NCBI GenBank assembly: GCA_003144275.1
Contig: NJBF01000081.1
Span: 1 to 7,845 of the forward strand
DNA length: 7,845 bases
Source of the DNA: Candidatus Heimdallarchaeota archaeon B3_Heim
Lineage (GTDB): Archaea > Asgardarchaeota > Heimdallarchaeia > Hodarchaeales > Hodarchaeaceae
Direction of reading: 5' to 3'
Shown here piece by piece: positions 6,138 to 7,845 of this stretch; the first letter of the stretch is position 1; the number at the start of each line of letters is the position of its first letter. The translations under genes and the position numbers were made by a program. The notes under the pieces were generated by a model. That model did no database searches. It was given only the letters and a program-made list of their open reading frames with translations, and was not told the origin of the DNA.

Positions 6138-7571
6138 ATGGCAAGTACAATAAAACTTGTGGCTGGAATTTTAATTGTTCTAATTGGATTTCCCATTTTT
6201 CTTGGTGGATCTGCAGTTCTCCTTGTTACACCCATATTCGCGGATGATCAAGGATATTTTGTCTCAGAAAGTTATCAAATTACTGATGATAATGTTACTG
6301 CAGTTCGTTTGGATATTCCATTAGACGATGTTCAGCTAGGTATAAGGATTGATCCTTCGGATTTTGTAACTCTCAAAGTTAATGCTTTCGGGGAAACAAA
6401 TGAAGAAATATTCTTGGGATTAACAACGTATGAACAGGCTGAGATTTTTTTAGAAAATGTTTCGTATCTAGAAATTACTAACTTAGACTTCTCAACTGCC
6501 TTTCCATTCGACTCAGAGGAAAATGGTCCTGCAATAAGCATGGTACCAGTTATTAGCAGTAATCCAACAAGAATTCCAAGTTCTACTGATGTCAATTGGC
6601 TATTAGGAGGAGAAGAATTAGGAAATGAATTTGTATGGTCTCCCTCTTACTCTGATCTGACAGGTGGTACTTTAACATTGATAATGATGAATTCAGATAT
6701 GGGTCTAGGAAACAAAGTTAATATTACATTCAGCATTGGAGCACGTATTCCTATTATCAATGCAATTGGATGGGTTTTGACTGTTTTCGGAGGATTATTC
6801 TTATTATTAGGGATAATTATTATCTGGAGCGGTTTACGATCTAAACCACGGAGAGTTGAAAGAACTCGTTACTACCAGGGAGCAATGGCAACGCGTGTAG
6901 AACCAATCGAAAGAACAGCAGCGAATTATCAACTTCAGTGTTCTAATTGCGGTTCAACCAGTGACGCAGATAGTACGTTTTGTTCTCAGTGTGGTGAAAT
7001 TCTTCTTTCAGAAGATAGAAAAGCCATCGATACTGCAGTAAAATCGTCAGAGTTAGGATATTTGGAACCTACTGGAACAAAATTAGTTGTAGCCGATTGG
7101 GGTCCAAGATTTTGGGCATATATTATTGACTTCTTTATCGTTAGTGCAATTACGAGTACATTCACATCTATACTCTTTTTCACTATGAGTGACTGGACTT
7201 GGTGGTCATTTGGAGTATTTAGTCCATTTCAATGGCTCTTTAGTCTGGGACCTTCTTCTGTAGTATTTTTCATCTACATTCTCCTTATGGACCATTATTA
7301 TGGCCAAACTTTAGGTAAGATGGCACTGAATTTGGAAGTGATATCCGAAAGTACTGGGGAGCGTCCTCTCCTGCAGGATCTCGCAATTCACAACCTTGGT
7401 AAAGCCTTCTTTTTACCCATTGACCTAATAGTTGGAAGAATTGTACGTGATCAGAGTCAAGTTCCTGATATGAATCAGAGATTAACTCAAAAATGGAGTC
7501 GTGTTGCGGTCGTTCAGAAATCACGCAAAAGGGAAACTACGACTCAGTTTGTTTCAAACAGGCTTTATTAA
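6138..7571 (+). CDS. Membrane protein: N-terminal TM, ~190-aa extracytoplasmic domain, TM, zinc ribbon, RDD domain
   Basis: Likely start is ATG 6138 (MASTIKLVAGILIVLIGFPIFLGGSAVLL) rather than the TTG at 6063. Second TM IGWVLTVFGGLFLLLGIIIIW; CSNCG...CSQCG (6939-6995); RDD hallmarks ADWGPRFWAYIIDFFIV, GQTLGKMALNLEV and QRLTQKWSRVAVV. Confidence 0.88.
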   Translation: MASTIKLVAGILIVLIGFPIFLGGSAVLLVTPIFADDQGYFVSESYQITDDNVTAVRLDIPLDDVQLGIRIDPSDFVTLKVNAFGETNEEIFLGLTTYEQAEIFLENVSYLEITNLDFSTAFPFDSEENGPAISMVPVISSNPTRIPSSTDVNWLLGGEELGNEFVWSPSYSDLTGGTLTLIMMNSDMGLGNKVNITFSIGARIPIINAIGWVLTVFGGLFLLLGIIIIWSGLRSKPRRVERTRYYQGAMATRVEPIERTAANYQLQCSNCGSTSDADSTFCSQCGEILLSEDRKAIDTAVKSSELGYLEPTGTKLVVADWGPRFWAYIIDFFIVSAITSTFTSILFFTMSDWTWWSFGVFSPFQWLFSLGPSSVVFFIYILLMDHYYGQTLGKMALNLEVISESTGERPLLQDLAIHNLGKAFFLPIDLIVGRIVRDQSQVPDMNQRLTQKWSRVAVVQKSRKRETTTQFVSNRLY

Positions 7572-7604
7572 TTTCCTTCCCTTCTTTTTTTTTATTTATA
7601 ATAT
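7572..7604. terminator. Oligo-T/pyrimidine-rich terminator between convergent genes
   Basis: tttccttcccttctttttttttattt directly after the RDD-gene stop, typical of archaeal T-tract termination; 33-bp gap between convergent stop codons. Confidence 0.5.
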
Positions 7605-7844
7605 TCAGATAATGGATTCATTCAATATAACTTCGTTCGATTCCTTTAATACTCGTTTATAATCATCGAAAGTTAGCATCGACAACGCTTTTTCAAAATT
7701 TACCCATTTCCAATTGATATGCTCTGATGAAAGTTTAACATCTCTAGTTTGAAATTTTACAAGGAAAATTACCACTTTCTTCACAATTTTTCTTGTACCA
7801 CGTTTAGGAAAGTAAATTGAGTCACTTATAAGACGCTTTATAAT
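7605..7844 (-). CDS. Nudix hydrolase C-terminal half, asymmetrical Ap4A hydrolase-like; 5' part outside the window
   Basis: Manual translation: IIKRLISDSIYFPKRGTRKIVKKVVIFLVKFQTRDVKLSSEHINWKWVNFEKALSMLTFDDYKRVLKESNEVILNESII*. The K-x-V-x-x-FL, VKLSSEH-x-x-WKW and EKA-x-x-x-LT pattern is characteristic of the Ap4A-hydrolase Nudix subfamily. The Nudix box itself is not visible. Confidence 0.8.
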   Translation of the reverse strand: MIKRLISDSIYFPKRGTRKIVKKVVIFLVKFQTRDVKLSSEHINWKWVNFEKALSMLTFDDYKRVLKESNEVILNESII

Positions 7845-7845
7845 T

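Noticed and set aside
6017-7524. ORFs 6017-6235, 6332-6595, 6986-7183 (minus) and 7285-7524 (plus, other frame)
   Set aside because: Overlap the MazG or RDD genes in antisense or alternative frames; no recognisable domains.
1-7845. tRNA, rRNA or other known ncRNA genes
   Set aside because: No cloverleaf or rRNA-like segments seen; the non-coding gaps are short and AT-rich.

Overview
AT-rich, probably archaeal window (inferred from an ISH3-type IS, TATA-like boxes, a GGGTGAT ribosome-binding site and oligo-T terminators; taxon not determinable). From left to right it holds: (1) the left ~1 kb of an ISH3/IS4-like insertion sequence, whose minus-strand DDE transposase (ATG 932) runs off the window and is missing from the ORF track; (2) a class I SAM methyltransferase with a wHTH-like N-terminus, bracketed by 32-bp direct repeats exactly 1250 bp apart; (3) a 996-aa minus-strand SF2 helicase of the YprA/Hrq1/Lhr type fused to a complete calcineurin-like metallophosphoesterase; (4) a divergent YpjD/MazG-like NTP pyrophosphohydrolase; (5) a membrane protein with a zinc ribbon and RDD domain; (6) the 3' end of a convergent Nudix Ap4A-hydrolase-like gene, also missing from the ORF track. 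The two best leads are the helicase-phosphoesterase fusion (candidate single-chain helicase-nuclease for repair or defence) and the repeat-flanked, possibly mobile methyltransferase cassette with an attC-like fold-back. Family assignments come from motif recognition only; no searches were run.
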